Part shown: positions 37,041-46,987 of the stretch, one piece after another | Position numbering within the stretch: position 1 is the stretch's first letter | How the letters are laid out: each line of letters begins with the position of its first letter | Source of the DNA: Candidatus Poseidoniaceae archaeon | GTDB taxonomy: Archaea; Thermoplasmatota; Poseidoniia; Poseidoniales; Poseidoniaceae | Direction of reading: 5' to 3' | Assembly (NCBI GenBank): GCA_938084675.1 | Contig: CALKGM010000001.1 | Span: 22,181-86,180 of the forward strand | Length of the DNA: 64,000 nt | Translations under genes and position numbers: made by a program | Notes under the pieces: generated by a model | Told to the model about the DNA's origin: nothing | Seen by the model: only the letters and a program-made list of their open reading frames with translations | Databases searched by the model: none

Positions 37041-39806
37041 TCATCGGAGTCGATTCACTCGTGCAAGGAGTCCACTCGGTTCTTCATCGGCCTGTATCTC
37101 AACTTCCACTTCAGGCTCGGCAGGGGCTACTCCGCTTTGATGAGCAGCACCTGTGCTCCGGGAACGAACCGCATACACGAGAAGGCTCGCCAAAATGGCT
37201 AGAAGAACTCCTGCAGTGAGCAGGCTCGTCTGCACATTAATTGAAGAGCCCGTAGACTCTTCATCCTGTGAGTTGGTATCGGCCGTTGACGTCGTCAAAT
37301 CAAGGGCGTAAGTGGCCACTACGTCTCGGTCTAATTCGTCATCATGAACCTTAAGTTTCACCATTACAATATCGCCCACATCTGATGAGATTGGGATTAA
37401 TGTCACGCATTGAGCAGTAGAAGTTCCTTCATTCAAACATGAATGGCTGACGTCAACCTCTTGCTCGCCTAAGAATACCGTTGCATTGGTATTCAGAACT
37501 CCATCAACATCTGAAACACTCCATTGCATTGTTGCAGTGTTGCTATCAGTAACACGTTGTATGCTCGTCACCGTTGCAAAAGGAAGGTCCCCTACTGGCG
37601 TTACTGTGATTGTTAGCGGATGAGTGTAGGAGGTTGTTCCGTCTGTGACATTGATCCAAACCATTTCAAATTGGCCATTGAAATCTTGCTGCGGAGTAAT
37701 GAGAAATTCATTCAAAACCCGTTGAACTGACAGTTCTGAATGGCCATGGGATGATGACCAAGAAAGGACATCTCCATCAATATCGTAGGCCATCAAGGTG
37801 AGGTTGAGAACGTGAGTTGAATCTTCATCCATTGTGATATTAGCCCAAGCAGATTCGTTGATGGTTATTGGGTCGTCCACCGACTCTACAAGAACTGGAA
37901 TCTCCAACTCAATCCCGGGCGTCGTGCCATCACCTACCAACGCGTCCAGAACTACAGCTCCGTATTGGTTAGGAAGGGGTGATAAGGTGAGAATGCCGTT
38001 TTCCACCGAGAACATTACGGGACCCTCTGCTCCTGAATTTGCTCCGTTGACCGATACGAGAAGTGATTGTCCTTCGGGGTCGAGAACCACGTCGCTGAAA
38101 TCAAAATCAAGATTGAATCCATCTTCAAACAGGACCTGTTGAGGGACTGTCCCGATTTGAACTACCGGGTCGTCAACCGGGGAAAGAAATACACGAAGCG
38201 TGATGTTCTGTTCGTCAACAACTCCACCATCACTTCTTAGTTTCAACTCAAGTGAACATTCACCTAGCCATTCTTCTTCTATTGCGTGATTGACTTCAAC
38301 AGTGAGTCCATCTCCACCTAATGTCACCCCGAAGTGGGATGAATTGGGGCCGAACAACGTTGCATCAACCGCACGGACAAGTGTACCGTCAGAGTCGGTT
38401 GCAGCGTCGGCAATATTGAAAATTGTACTTCCATGTTGAGGTAAATAAATCGTTGGAGGTGGAGTTGTAACAATCATAGGAGTGTTGGTCCTTGCGACCA
38501 TGAACTCTACTGTTGAAGGAGCACCTTCCACCGAAATACGCATCCAAGCCTTGTGAGACCCAGGAGCTACGGGGGCCATAGGAAATTCACACAACGCCGT
38601 ACCGTTGACTGCAAGTGAACCGTTCGCCGGCCATGATTCATCAACCCAACCGCAATCGACACTCACATCGTAATTCCCTGGCAGTTCTGTGTAGTTCACA
38701 CCGTCCCGTAACGTCCAATTGCTTTGTATCACAAATGTTTGTGTTGCATTCAGGGCATTTTGGGTATCAGGTGAAAAGGTCGTGTTGTTGAGAATAATGA
38801 AAGAACTTTGCTCAAGATTTTCGTCAACATAGGCATTTTGATCACTCACAATATGGGCTCCTTCAGCCCGATTAAACGCATCACGAAAACGGTCAATTTC
38901 ACCGTATAATACTGCATCAAGGTAAGCGATAACATGTTGAGAACTCAATTCAATTTGGGCACTTTGGCTCATCGTTGCATCCCCGTCGCTTTCAAAGAAT
39001 GACTGAGAATCTTGAAACTGGTAGTGATTTGCACCCAAAAGATGCATCCAGTGCCAACCGTACCCTCCTGCATCCTCAAGCCGCTCCATTGTAACTGTGG
39101 ATGGAGCCACTTCATCTACAGTTCCGGTGATAAAGAATCCAGTGTTTGGTGAAGGGAAAACAGGAGAATATGATGGATTGAACCAGTCGTTATTTGAATT
39201 GAAACCATCCAAATCAAGACCAAGGCCGAACAAACTTCGAGGAGGTTGAACAGTATCTGCACGTTGACTTAGATTGAAGTAAGGAATCGCAACGTAAGCC
39301 GCCGCAGCACCCTTCCCATGACCGCCTACACCCCAATGGTCCACGTCGATATTGCCTGCACTCCCCATTACACGGAGATTGGTTTGGTTTTGAGATTCCA
39401 TGACCTCTATGATGTCGGTGAGTAGGCTCAATGTTTCTTCAACATCGGTCTCGTCTTGCATCGGTTGTGTCACGACAACGATGAAACCACGCTTGGCTAA
39501 TTCTTCAACAAAAAGCGTGTAAGCATCTATGTTTTCCCCGGAATCTCCAATAAATACCGTCCAAGGAAATGGCCCGTTACCAGCCATATCCTTATCTTCC
39601 CCATCATTCATTGCCGGATATACCATTCTCACTTCAGGTGAAAACACTCCGTCAAGGCGAAATTCAGTCCAACCAACTGGAAAATCTACTCCATCGTGGC
39701 GCTCTTCGAAATTGGGATTCTCCGTCAAGAGAGCCGAACAAGGTGCTGCAAACATCAGCACGGCTAATACTATCCCGACCCAACGTTGGGGAATCATCGG
39801 CACCAT
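37041..39806 (-). CDS. Secreted alpha/beta-hydrolase-fold protein with cadherin-like (tandem-95-like) repeats and C-terminal TM
   Basis: Signal peptide, GPFPW..LAKRGFIVV, GGHGKGA elbow, GANHYQF, PVDDP/SVDDP/PVGDLP repeats, TM. Start 39806 or 39797. Confidence 0.75.
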   Translation of the reverse strand: MVPMIPQRWVGIVLAVLMFAAPCSALLTENPNFEERHDGVDFPVGWTEFRLDGVFSPEVRMVYPAMNDGEDKDMAGNGPFPWTVFIGDSGENIDAYTLFVEELAKRGFIVVVTQPMQDETDVEETLSLLTDIIEVMESQNQTNLRVMGSAGNIDVDHWGVGGHGKGAAAAYVAIPYFNLSQRADTVQPPRSLFGLGLDLDGFNSNNDWFNPSYSPVFPSPNTGFFITGTVDEVAPSTVTMERLEDAGGYGWHWMHLLGANHYQFQDSQSFFESDGDATMSQSAQIELSSQHVIAYLDAVLYGEIDRFRDAFNRAEGAHIVSDQNAYVDENLEQSSFIILNNTTFSPDTQNALNATQTFVIQSNWTLRDGVNYTELPGNYDVSVDCGWVDESWPANGSLAVNGTALCEFPMAPVAPGSHKAWMRISVEGAPSTVEFMVARTNTPMIVTTPPPTIYLPQHGSTIFNIADAATDSDGTLVRAVDATLFGPNSSHFGVTLGGDGLTVEVNHAIEEEWLGECSLELKLRSDGGVVDEQNITLRVFLSPVDDPVVQIGTVPQQVLFEDGFNLDFDFSDVVLDPEGQSLLVSVNGANSGAEGPVMFSVENGILTLSPLPNQYGAVVLDALVGDGTTPGIELEIPVLVESVDDPITINESAWANITMDEDSTHVLNLTLMAYDIDGDVLSWSSSHGHSELSVQRVLNEFLITPQQDFNGQFEMVWINVTDGTTSYTHPLTITVTPVGDLPFATVTSIQRVTDSNTATMQWSVSDVDGVLNTNATVFLGEQEVDVSHSCLNEGTSTAQCVTLIPISSDVGDIVMVKLKVHDDELDRDVVATYALDLTTSTADTNSQDEESTGSSINVQTSLLTAGVLLAILASLLVYAVRSRSTGAAHQSGVAPAEPEVEVEIQADEEPSGLLARVNRLR

Positions 39807-39852
39807 ATTCACGTCTTCCCCCTTTTGTTCCCTCTCCTTAGAGGCTTCGCTG

Positions 39853-40860
39853 TCATGCATATTCACTTAGAGTGGTTTCGGCGACAATCAATCGATTCAA
39901 CAACAACTCAAGAGAAGGAAGGTCGGCTTTTCGCTCAGGTGCCCAAAGGTGCTTCCAACACGCAAGATGTTGAGCAACGAGCAACCATCGCCCGTCCAAA
40001 GGCATCGCAAGTATTCGATCAACTCGTTCGTCCAACTCACCTCCCATGGCAGAATAAGAAGCATGGAGAAGCACATCTACATCAAAAACAGGCGTCCCAG
40101 ATTCAAAATTCACAACAACATCAGGTTCTTGGGATGTTAACGAATCCACCCACGGACCGTCTCCGAGTTCACGTTTACCCCCCAAAAGATGGATCTGCCC
40201 TCCATTTTGGGACCAAGCGAGAGCTGTTGAACGCGCAGCACCTCCACCACCCAGTAATCCGAGAACGTTACCGCGAGGATGAAATCCATGATGCGCCATA
40301 ACATTGCAAAGCCCGAGACCGTCAAAACCAGCACTCCACCAGCCTTTTCCGTCCCACCGAAGAGCATTGATACTCTTGATTTCCCGCGAGTGATCAACGC
40401 AAATCACAGCCCCGGAGTCCAATTGATGTTTGAGTGGTGAGGTCAAATTCATCCAAATCTCGTTTTCAAACATCCGGGTTGGAAGGTTTTGAGCATGCTT
40501 GGGAGGAACTTGGCCAACAAACACCTCGCCTTTAGGGGCAAGCGCGGCTGCAGGAATTTTCACTGCTCGTGCCGCGGCAACTGCTTTGTCCAAAAGAGCA
40601 GTTGTTCTAAATGTTCCAAAAACGGCTTGTGTCAGGTCCCACTCTTGAGGATGAGGTACCGAACCCGCGTACCCCCAAGCCAAAGCGTCTGAAATAGAAG
40701 GAACGTCCACAAGTTCCATCTTGAGCATCATTGAACGCCCTGACAAATGGAGATGGTCGCATACCAATGACATCAACAGCGGAGACAAACTGTGCCTGAT
40801 GGGCGAACCCGCAATCCCATACCGGATTTCGCCCATGATTCCCCGATTACTTTCGGTCAT
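39853..40860 (-). CDS. Divergent shikimate dehydrogenase (AroE)-like protein
   Basis: GSPIRHSLSP, NLTSPLK, SINAL, GFDGLG, LGGGGAARS, DGRWLLVAQ. Confidence 0.75.
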   Translation of the reverse strand: MTESNRGIMGEIRYGIAGSPIRHSLSPLLMSLVCDHLHLSGRSMMLKMELVDVPSISDALAWGYAGSVPHPQEWDLTQAVFGTFRTTALLDKAVAAARAVKIPAAALAPKGEVFVGQVPPKHAQNLPTRMFENEIWMNLTSPLKHQLDSGAVICVDHSREIKSINALRWDGKGWWSAGFDGLGLCNVMAHHGFHPRGNVLGLLGGGGAARSTALAWSQNGGQIHLLGGKRELGDGPWVDSLTSQEPDVVVNFESGTPVFDVDVLLHASYSAMGGELDERVDRILAMPLDGRWLLVAQHLACWKHLWAPERKADLPSLELLLNRLIVAETTLSEYA

Positions 40861-40958
40861 TTCAACTCATTCATGCTGTTTGACGAACAGTGAATTGGAA
40901 TTCTTGTTCAGCGATTACGGGAGAACATTAAAAGGAGAGCCCCCGTTCAAAAAACAGC

Positions 40959-41336
40959 ATGGACACCCTCATCTCCCAGGCGAATAAGCAATCCAAATTT
41001 GGACAATTGATGTTTGGGCTCCTCAGCATGTACCTCTCGTTGGCCAGCTACCAGCAATTTGAGAAAGCACTCGGAGATGTATTTGGAGCCGCACCAGCCG
41101 TCATCATAGGAACCATTTTGCTTGCAGGCTATCAAATCATCAAAATCGATAAGAAAAATGAGCTGGAGGGTGGTTATATCACCAACCCATACACTCAAAT
41201 CATCAAGAATAACTTGGGTACTTACGAAGTGATAGAGACCAATCAAGAGCAACAACGATCATCAAAATTAGGGATGCTTATTACAGTCGGATTCATCATT
41301 TGGGCTTGTGAGCGAACATGGGCAAACGTACTGTGA
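40959..41336 (+). CDS. Small hypothetical membrane protein
   Basis: Three hydrophobic segments; first gene of the run leading to flotillin. Confidence 0.6.
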   Translation: MDTLISQANKQSKFGQLMFGLLSMYLSLASYQQFEKALGDVFGAAPAVIIGTILLAGYQIIKIDKKNELEGGYITNPYTQIIKNNLGTYEVIETNQEQQRSSKLGMLITVGFIIWACERTWANVL

Positions 41337-41614
41337 TGACAATGAGCGGCCTTGGAGACGTCTTTCTCATGAAAGACAAAGTGAATGAAGGTACAAACAT
41401 CTATGCGATGGTCCTTGAAAAGGCTTCAATTCTCCTTTCGCTACTCATTGTCCTCGCCACTGCCTGGGCACTCAATCTACCAGCATGGGGAATAGGTCTA
41501 GCAGTAGGCTTTTCTCTGGGACCAATTGTTTACGGCCATTACTACGTCCTCTACATACGTCCCGCTATAAAAGCGGGCAAAGTATCAAAGCGTAACACTG
41601 ACTCGCAAGACTAA
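41336..41614 (+). CDS. Small hypothetical membrane protein
   Basis: Two TM segments; TGATG stop/start coupling at 41334-41338. Confidence 0.6.
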   Translation: MTMSGLGDVFLMKDKVNEGTNIYAMVLEKASILLSLLIVLATAWALNLPAWGIGLAVGFSLGPIVYGHYYVLYIRPAIKAGKVSKRNTDSQD

Positions 41615-41623
41615 GGTGAACCG

Positions 41624-42247
41624 ATGCTCGACTCAATTCTCGGTTTTTTCGGTCTTGAAGGAATCACAGGCGTTGATGTTCTTTTCGCAGCATGTGCCAT
41701 CATTGGGACCATCCTGTTCCTGCTCTACTTCGTGATCGTGATGCTTACGGGAGCCGCAGATGGAATGCTTGAAGTCGCTGGTTTTGACTTTGAAATGGAC
41801 GCTGCTGGCGTATTCCACATGTTTACCCTCCAAGGCTTACTGAGTTTCATCATGATGTTTGGGATTTTTGGACTCGCAGTATCCCAATCCGGCAATAACA
41901 CCAGTGCGGTTTTAGCCGTATTAGCAGGTACCGCTGCTGGAACAGCCTCAATGTACCTCGTTGCAAAAGTATTCCAGGCCATGCAAAGTTTGGAGTCTGA
42001 TGGAACCGTTGTCCATAACAAAGCCCTTGGCGCTAGAGGAACCGTATACCGTCGCATCGACCCGAACAAACCAGGGCAAGTACAAGTTGAATTCCAGGGT
42101 GCGCTGCGCACCATGTCTGCTCGTTCAGACGACGATGCAGCAACCCTTGAAACCGGGTCATTGATTGAGGTTGTGGATACGATCGGAGAAATTCTTATCG
42201 TAGCACCCCTTGACCGAAAGGCCCCCACAAGAAAAGAAGAGGAATAA
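41624..42247 (+). CDS. NfeD-like (YuaF/YqiJ-type) membrane protein with C-terminal OB fold
   Basis: TM N-part; LGARGTVYRRI..PGQVQV..QG..TG..IEVV; directly upstream of flotillin; AGGTGA RBS. Confidence 0.82.
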   Translation: MLDSILGFFGLEGITGVDVLFAACAIIGTILFLLYFVIVMLTGAADGMLEVAGFDFEMDAAGVFHMFTLQGLLSFIMMFGIFGLAVSQSGNNTSAVLAVLAGTAAGTASMYLVAKVFQAMQSLESDGTVVHNKALGARGTVYRRIDPNKPGQVQVEFQGALRTMSARSDDDAATLETGSLIEVVDTIGEILIVAPLDRKAPTRKEEE

Positions 42248-42249
42248 TT

Positions 42250-43644
42250 ATGGCAGACATTGTTGGAACATTGATACTTATCGGAACTGGACTTTTTGTT
42301 TTCGTGTTGCTTGCAACCGTTTACATCGCAGCAAACAGATACAAACTCGCACCTTCAGATAAAATTCTGGTCGTTTACGGTAACGTCAAAGGATCAGGCG
42401 CAGCAGCATGTTACCACGGTGGTGGTCGAATTGTGTGGCCGCTGATTCAAAATTATGCCATGCTTGACTTGAAGCCCCTCACCATCAACATCAATTTGGA
42501 ACACGCCCTTTCTCAGCAAAACATTCGTATCAACGTTCCATCTACCTTTACCATCGGTATCTCAACAGAACCGTCCATTATGCAAAACGCTGCAGAACGT
42601 TTGCTCAACCTCCCGCCCCAACAAATAGAAGACATGGCCAAGGAAATTATCTTTGGACAACTCCGTCTAACGGTTGCGTCGTTAACCATTGAAGAAATCA
42701 ATCAAGACCGTGAAGCATTCCTTTCGTTGGTTGCTAACAACGTGGACACAGAATTGCACAAGATTGGACTTTACCTCATCAACGTCAACATCACCGACAT
42801 TACTGATGAGGCTGACTACATCAAGTCCATCGGTGCCAAGGCAGCAGCCGAAGCGATTGCAGCGGCAGATGTTGACCGTGCAAACGCAACTCGGCAAGGT
42901 GCAGTTGGACAAGCCGTCGCAAACCGAGAGCGTGAGATTGAAGTCGCCAAGAACCAAGCTGCCTCTGACAAGGGTCAGAAGTCCGCTGAATCCGACCGTC
43001 GTATTTTCGTACAGCAACAAGAAGCACAAGCGGTCGAAGGAGAGAACATATCTCGTGCTGACATCGCATCCTACAACGCAGACCTCGCCGAGCGCGAGGC
43101 ATCAGCCTACCAACGTTCTGAAGTTGCAAAGCGTGTTGCCCAAGTTGAAATTGAGAAGGCTCAATATGAGTTTGAAGGACAGCGTCTTCGTGCTGAAGAA
43201 ATTGCTCGTGAAGAAGTTTCCAAGCAACAGATAGAGATTGCTGCTGAAGCCGAAGCCGAACGCCAACGCCGAATTGCAAGAGGTCTTGCTGACGCAACCC
43301 TCGCAGCATACAATGCTGAAGCAGAAGGACAGCGAGCGGTACTTGAAGCGAAAGCCGAAGGATATGCAAAGTTGGTCAAGAGTGCTGGCGGCGATGCAAA
43401 GGCAGCGGCAACCCTACTCATGGTTGAGAAGATCGAAGAATTGGTCGCTCGCCAAACTGAAGCAATTGCAAACTTGAAGATTGACAAGATCACTGTTTGG
43501 GACTCAGGCAACAACAGCGAAGGAGGCGGCTCAACATCCAACTTCGTGTCATCGTTGATGCAAAGCCTACCTCCTGTTCATGACGTCGCCAAGATGGCTG
43601 GCATTGAACTGCCTGAATATCTGGGCGCAATGAAGGACGAATGA
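42250..43644 (+). CDS. Flotillin (SPFH domain plus Ala/Glu coiled coil)
   Basis: N-terminal TM, SPFH (AAERLL..GQLR..LTIEEINQDR..INVNITDITD), EAEAE repeats, KIDKITVWD. Confidence 0.93.
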   Translation: MADIVGTLILIGTGLFVFVLLATVYIAANRYKLAPSDKILVVYGNVKGSGAAACYHGGGRIVWPLIQNYAMLDLKPLTININLEHALSQQNIRINVPSTFTIGISTEPSIMQNAAERLLNLPPQQIEDMAKEIIFGQLRLTVASLTIEEINQDREAFLSLVANNVDTELHKIGLYLINVNITDITDEADYIKSIGAKAAAEAIAAADVDRANATRQGAVGQAVANREREIEVAKNQAASDKGQKSAESDRRIFVQQQEAQAVEGENISRADIASYNADLAEREASAYQRSEVAKRVAQVEIEKAQYEFEGQRLRAEEIAREEVSKQQIEIAAEAEAERQRRIARGLADATLAAYNAEAEGQRAVLEAKAEGYAKLVKSAGGDAKAAATLLMVEKIEELVARQTEAIANLKIDKITVWDSGNNSEGGGSTSNFVSSLMQSLPPVHDVAKMAGIELPEYLGAMKDE

Positions 43645-43738
43645 AGTCCATCCGCAGGCTTGACTGGGCTGGAAAATCGCCCTTGAACCACGAGATGAAG
43701 CGACGGCTTCAAAGGCTTAACGATACGCAAAGGCGTTC

Positions 43739-45454
43739 ATGACCAGTGACCTTGAGATTGCACGAGCGGCAAAAATGGAACCCATTGAAGCCATCGCTTG
43801 GAAATTAGGTATCTCTTCGCACGAGATTTTCCCGATGAGCCAAGGCGTGGCCAAAATCACGTGGGACGCCCTAAAAAGTCGATTTAACAAGGCTCAAGGA
43901 AACTTGATCCTCGTGACATCAGTCAACCCGACTCCGTTTGGGGAAGGAAAAACCGTAACAACGATTGGACTGACTCAGGCTCTCTGCCACATAGGACAAT
44001 CCGCTACATGCGTGATTCGTGAACCTTCCATGGGACCCGTGTTTGGAATCAAAGGAGGCGCTGCTGGAGGCGGTCATGCTCAGGTACTCCCCATGGAGGA
44101 CATCAACCTCCACCTTACTGGAGATTTACACGCCGTCACCTCTGCACATAATCTTCTTTCAGCATTAATTGATAATCACCTCAAACACGGAAATGAATCC
44201 AAACTCGACCCTTCCCGAATCTCGTGGCCCCGTGTCATTGACATGAACGACCGTTCACTTCGCCAAGTGACAGTTGGCCTTGGTGGACCTGCGAACGGTT
44301 TGGTCCGAGAAGACCGTTTTGACATCACTGCTGCAAGCGAAGTTATGGCCATCTTGGTATTAGCAAGCGACTATGCAGACTTGAGAAAGCGTCTCGGAGA
44401 AATCGTAGTCGGAACGTCCACAGAGGGGAATCCTGTCAAAGCTAACCAGATTGGTGGTGCTGGGGCAATGGCTCTCCTGCTCCGTCAAGCATTCCTACCC
44501 AACCTCGCCCAAACGCTTGAAGGGAATCCTGCATTTATTCACGGCGGTCCTTTTGCAAACATAGCTCATGGAAACTCAAGCATCATTGCGGACAGAATGG
44601 CCCTCGCAAGTGCAGATTTCGTTGTAACAGAGGCCGGTTTTGGTTCTGACATGGGTGCAGAGAAATTCATGCACATTAAGGCAGCAACTTCTGGGAAAGC
44701 ACCCGATTGTGTCGTCATGAACGTTACCGTTCGCTCGATGAAACTTCATGGAGGGGCATTTGGCGATAGAGGTGGAATTCGCCCTGATAAGGCAACTCTA
44801 GAAGCAGAGAATGTCAAAGCGACCGTTACAGGTGCTCGGACAAATCTTGACCGTCATATCCGAAACATGGCAGCATTTGGCATACCTGTAGTGGTCTCAA
44901 TTAACAAATTCGCATCCGATACAGACGCAGAAATAAGTGCAATCCGTGATGCAGCACATGAAAGTGGAGCAACTTCTGTTTGCATTACTGAGGTACATGC
45001 GAATGGTGGAGAAGGAGGTAAAGAACTCGCTCAAGCCGTTGTTAAGGCTGTGCAGAACCACATCGCATCCGGTCGGCCGTTCGTACCGTTGTTTGAACCT
45101 GAGGTTGATGTTTTGGAGAAAGCAACTGCTATAGCAACTCGCATGTACAAAGCAAATGGAATTTCAATGACGGCAAAAGCAAAGCGTGAACTTGACCGAA
45201 TTCGTTCGTGGGGATATGGAAACTTGCCCGTCTGCATGGCAAAGACCCAATATTCGTTTTCTCATGATGCAGGTTTACTCGGCGCCCCAACTGGATTTAC
45301 CGTTCCAATAGGAGAATTCCGACTTAATGCAGGCGCTGGATTCATTGTCGCTGTCCTAGGCAACATGATGACCATGCCGGGCCTACCCAAGCGTCCAGCA
45401 GCACTTGACATGGACATGGATGAAAACGGCAACCTCTTGGGTGTATTTGGGTGA
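43739..45454 (+). CDS. fhs: Formate--tetrahydrofolate ligase
   Basis: PTPFGEGKT, REPSMGPVFGIKGGAAGGG, HGGPFANIAHG, TEAGFGSDMGAEKF, MTMPGLP. Confidence 0.97.
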   Translation: MTSDLEIARAAKMEPIEAIAWKLGISSHEIFPMSQGVAKITWDALKSRFNKAQGNLILVTSVNPTPFGEGKTVTTIGLTQALCHIGQSATCVIREPSMGPVFGIKGGAAGGGHAQVLPMEDINLHLTGDLHAVTSAHNLLSALIDNHLKHGNESKLDPSRISWPRVIDMNDRSLRQVTVGLGGPANGLVREDRFDITAASEVMAILVLASDYADLRKRLGEIVVGTSTEGNPVKANQIGGAGAMALLLRQAFLPNLAQTLEGNPAFIHGGPFANIAHGNSSIIADRMALASADFVVTEAGFGSDMGAEKFMHIKAATSGKAPDCVVMNVTVRSMKLHGGAFGDRGGIRPDKATLEAENVKATVTGARTNLDRHIRNMAAFGIPVVVSINKFASDTDAEISAIRDAAHESGATSVCITEVHANGGEGGKELAQAVVKAVQNHIASGRPFVPLFEPEVDVLEKATAIATRMYKANGISMTAKAKRELDRIRSWGYGNLPVCMAKTQYSFSHDAGLLGAPTGFTVPIGEFRLNAGAGFIVAVLGNMMTMPGLPKRPAALDMDMDENGNLLGVFG

Positions 45455-45458
45455 AGCA

Positions 45459-46523
45459 ATGAACGTTCTCAAGCGGGATCAGCACGAGTGGAAACTACGT
45501 GTCGAGTCGGTTGATGACATGTGGGTCTTGGCCAGATTGATTCGCCCTGGGTATTCGTTTGCAATGCTTGGAGAACGCAGAGACCAAACAACCGGAGGTG
45601 AAGAAGGCGGTCGCTCCAAACAATCAGAGCGGAAGAAAATGTGGATTCAACTCCAGGTACAATCCGTTGAGCATCAAACATTTTCAGATACACTGCGTGT
45701 CCACGGAATCATTCAACAGGCCCCGCTTGATGTTGGACTCCACCACACACATTTGGTTGAAATCAGGGATGATGTTGTCCTTCATGCACCCAAAGGGTTC
45801 AGTTCAATGGACGTTGAATTACTGTCTGAAGCCGTATCTGCATCCAAACGAGGCCAAGTGGCATTGCTGGTTGTTGAAGGTGATGAAATGATTCTGTACT
45901 TCGTCACAGGACGAGGACTACGGGAAAGTGCCACCTGGACAATGCGGGGTGGTGGAAAGCGAGGCGACCTGCGACAAAATGAAGGCATTGCTCAACAGTT
46001 TCGTGCAACGGTCGTCAACGGGTTGACACAACAATTAGCCGATGAGTTACCGTTGGTAATTTGCGGCCCAGGACACAATCGTGACCGAATGATGGCGGAC
46101 CTCAAAGCAGCAGGACACAAGCGCACTATGGTCTCAATTGCAACCAGCATGGGAGGCCGGAGTGCAGCAAATGAAGTATTGCGGGAAGGTCTTGCAGGGT
46201 CACTGCTCTCCGAGCACCAGATGGTGAAGGAAATCACACTTCTTGAGGAAGCGTGGAAACGAATTTCAACCAATGGAGCGGTTGCATATGGCAGCATGAA
46301 TTTGATTAAAGCCATGAATGAAGGGGCAATTGACACACTTTTAATTTCAGCAGACCTACTGAGAGACGAGACTGCCCGAATCAATGGCAAGAGTTGGGAA
46401 CAGTGGGTCTCAAAACTCAAACGTCTTGGTGGAACACTGGTTCAGTGCTCAACAGACCATGATGACGGTGGCCAATTGGATGGAATGGGCGGTGCAATTG
46501 CCCTGCTAAGGTATCGGATGTGA
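45459..46523 (+). CDS. pelA: Pelota ribosome-rescue factor
   Basis: ESVDDMWVL, LRVHGII..GLHHT, GPG, VAYG..GAIDTLLIS, GGAIALLRY. Start at ATG 45459. Confidence 0.92.
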   Translation: MNVLKRDQHEWKLRVESVDDMWVLARLIRPGYSFAMLGERRDQTTGGEEGGRSKQSERKKMWIQLQVQSVEHQTFSDTLRVHGIIQQAPLDVGLHHTHLVEIRDDVVLHAPKGFSSMDVELLSEAVSASKRGQVALLVVEGDEMILYFVTGRGLRESATWTMRGGGKRGDLRQNEGIAQQFRATVVNGLTQQLADELPLVICGPGHNRDRMMADLKAAGHKRTMVSIATSMGGRSAANEVLREGLAGSLLSEHQMVKEITLLEEAWKRISTNGAVAYGSMNLIKAMNEGAIDTLLISADLLRDETARINGKSWEQWVSKLKRLGGTLVQCSTDHDDGGQLDGMGGAIALLRYRM

Positions 46524-46527
46524 AATA

Positions 46528-46833
46528 TTGGAAGTGATACATTTTGCAGACCTTGGAGACGCTCCGCGAGATGCACTTCAAGGAAAACGATGGCTCATCG
46601 TAAAAGTTGAGGAACTCCATCAAGCATCAGGTGCACTGATGTTCAGTGAATTAGAAGATGTCCTCGTAGCCGTTGACCATAGAGGTTCTACTCCTGAAGA
46701 AGGACTTTGGATGAGAGCAGTACACCTCCTCCTCGTTGATGAAAACACGGATGCTGAACTGCTTCAGCAACAATCAGGCATAACCAAAGTTATCGCTCAA
46801 AACACAGACGAAATCAAGCAATTTTTGTGGTAG
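46528..46833 (+). CDS. Small hypothetical protein
   Basis: Fills the gap between pelota and tRNA-Val; TTG start; globular composition. Confidence 0.6.
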   Translation: MEVIHFADLGDAPRDALQGKRWLIVKVEELHQASGALMFSELEDVLVAVDHRGSTPEEGLWMRAVHLLLVDENTDAELLQQQSGITKVIAQNTDEIKQFLW

Positions 46834-46906
46834 TGGGACTGGAGGGACTCGAACCCTCGATCAACTCCGTGTAAGGGAGGTGTCATAGCCACTAGACCAC
46901 AGACCC
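46834..46906 (-). tRNA. tRNA-Val(UAC), CCA not encoded
   Basis: Minus strand GGGTCTG TGGTCTAGTGGCTATGACA CCTCC-CTTACAC-GGAGT TGATC GAGGG-TTCGAGT-CCCTC CAGTCCC A. Confidence 0.9.
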
Positions 46907-46987
46907 ATACAGCCCTGTTGGACTTCCTTTTTCAAGAGTCCGTTCAAAGGGTTAACCTCAAAACCGTTCGGCACTGAGGGTGAATCA

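Noticed and set aside
43645-43738. Possible ZTP or THF riboswitch upstream of fhs (TGACTGG...AACCAC...GAAGCG)
   Set aside because: No GTGG partner for CCAC and no downstream GCCTGGGC-type hairpin; the promoter-like motif 31 nt before the ATG implies almost no leader.
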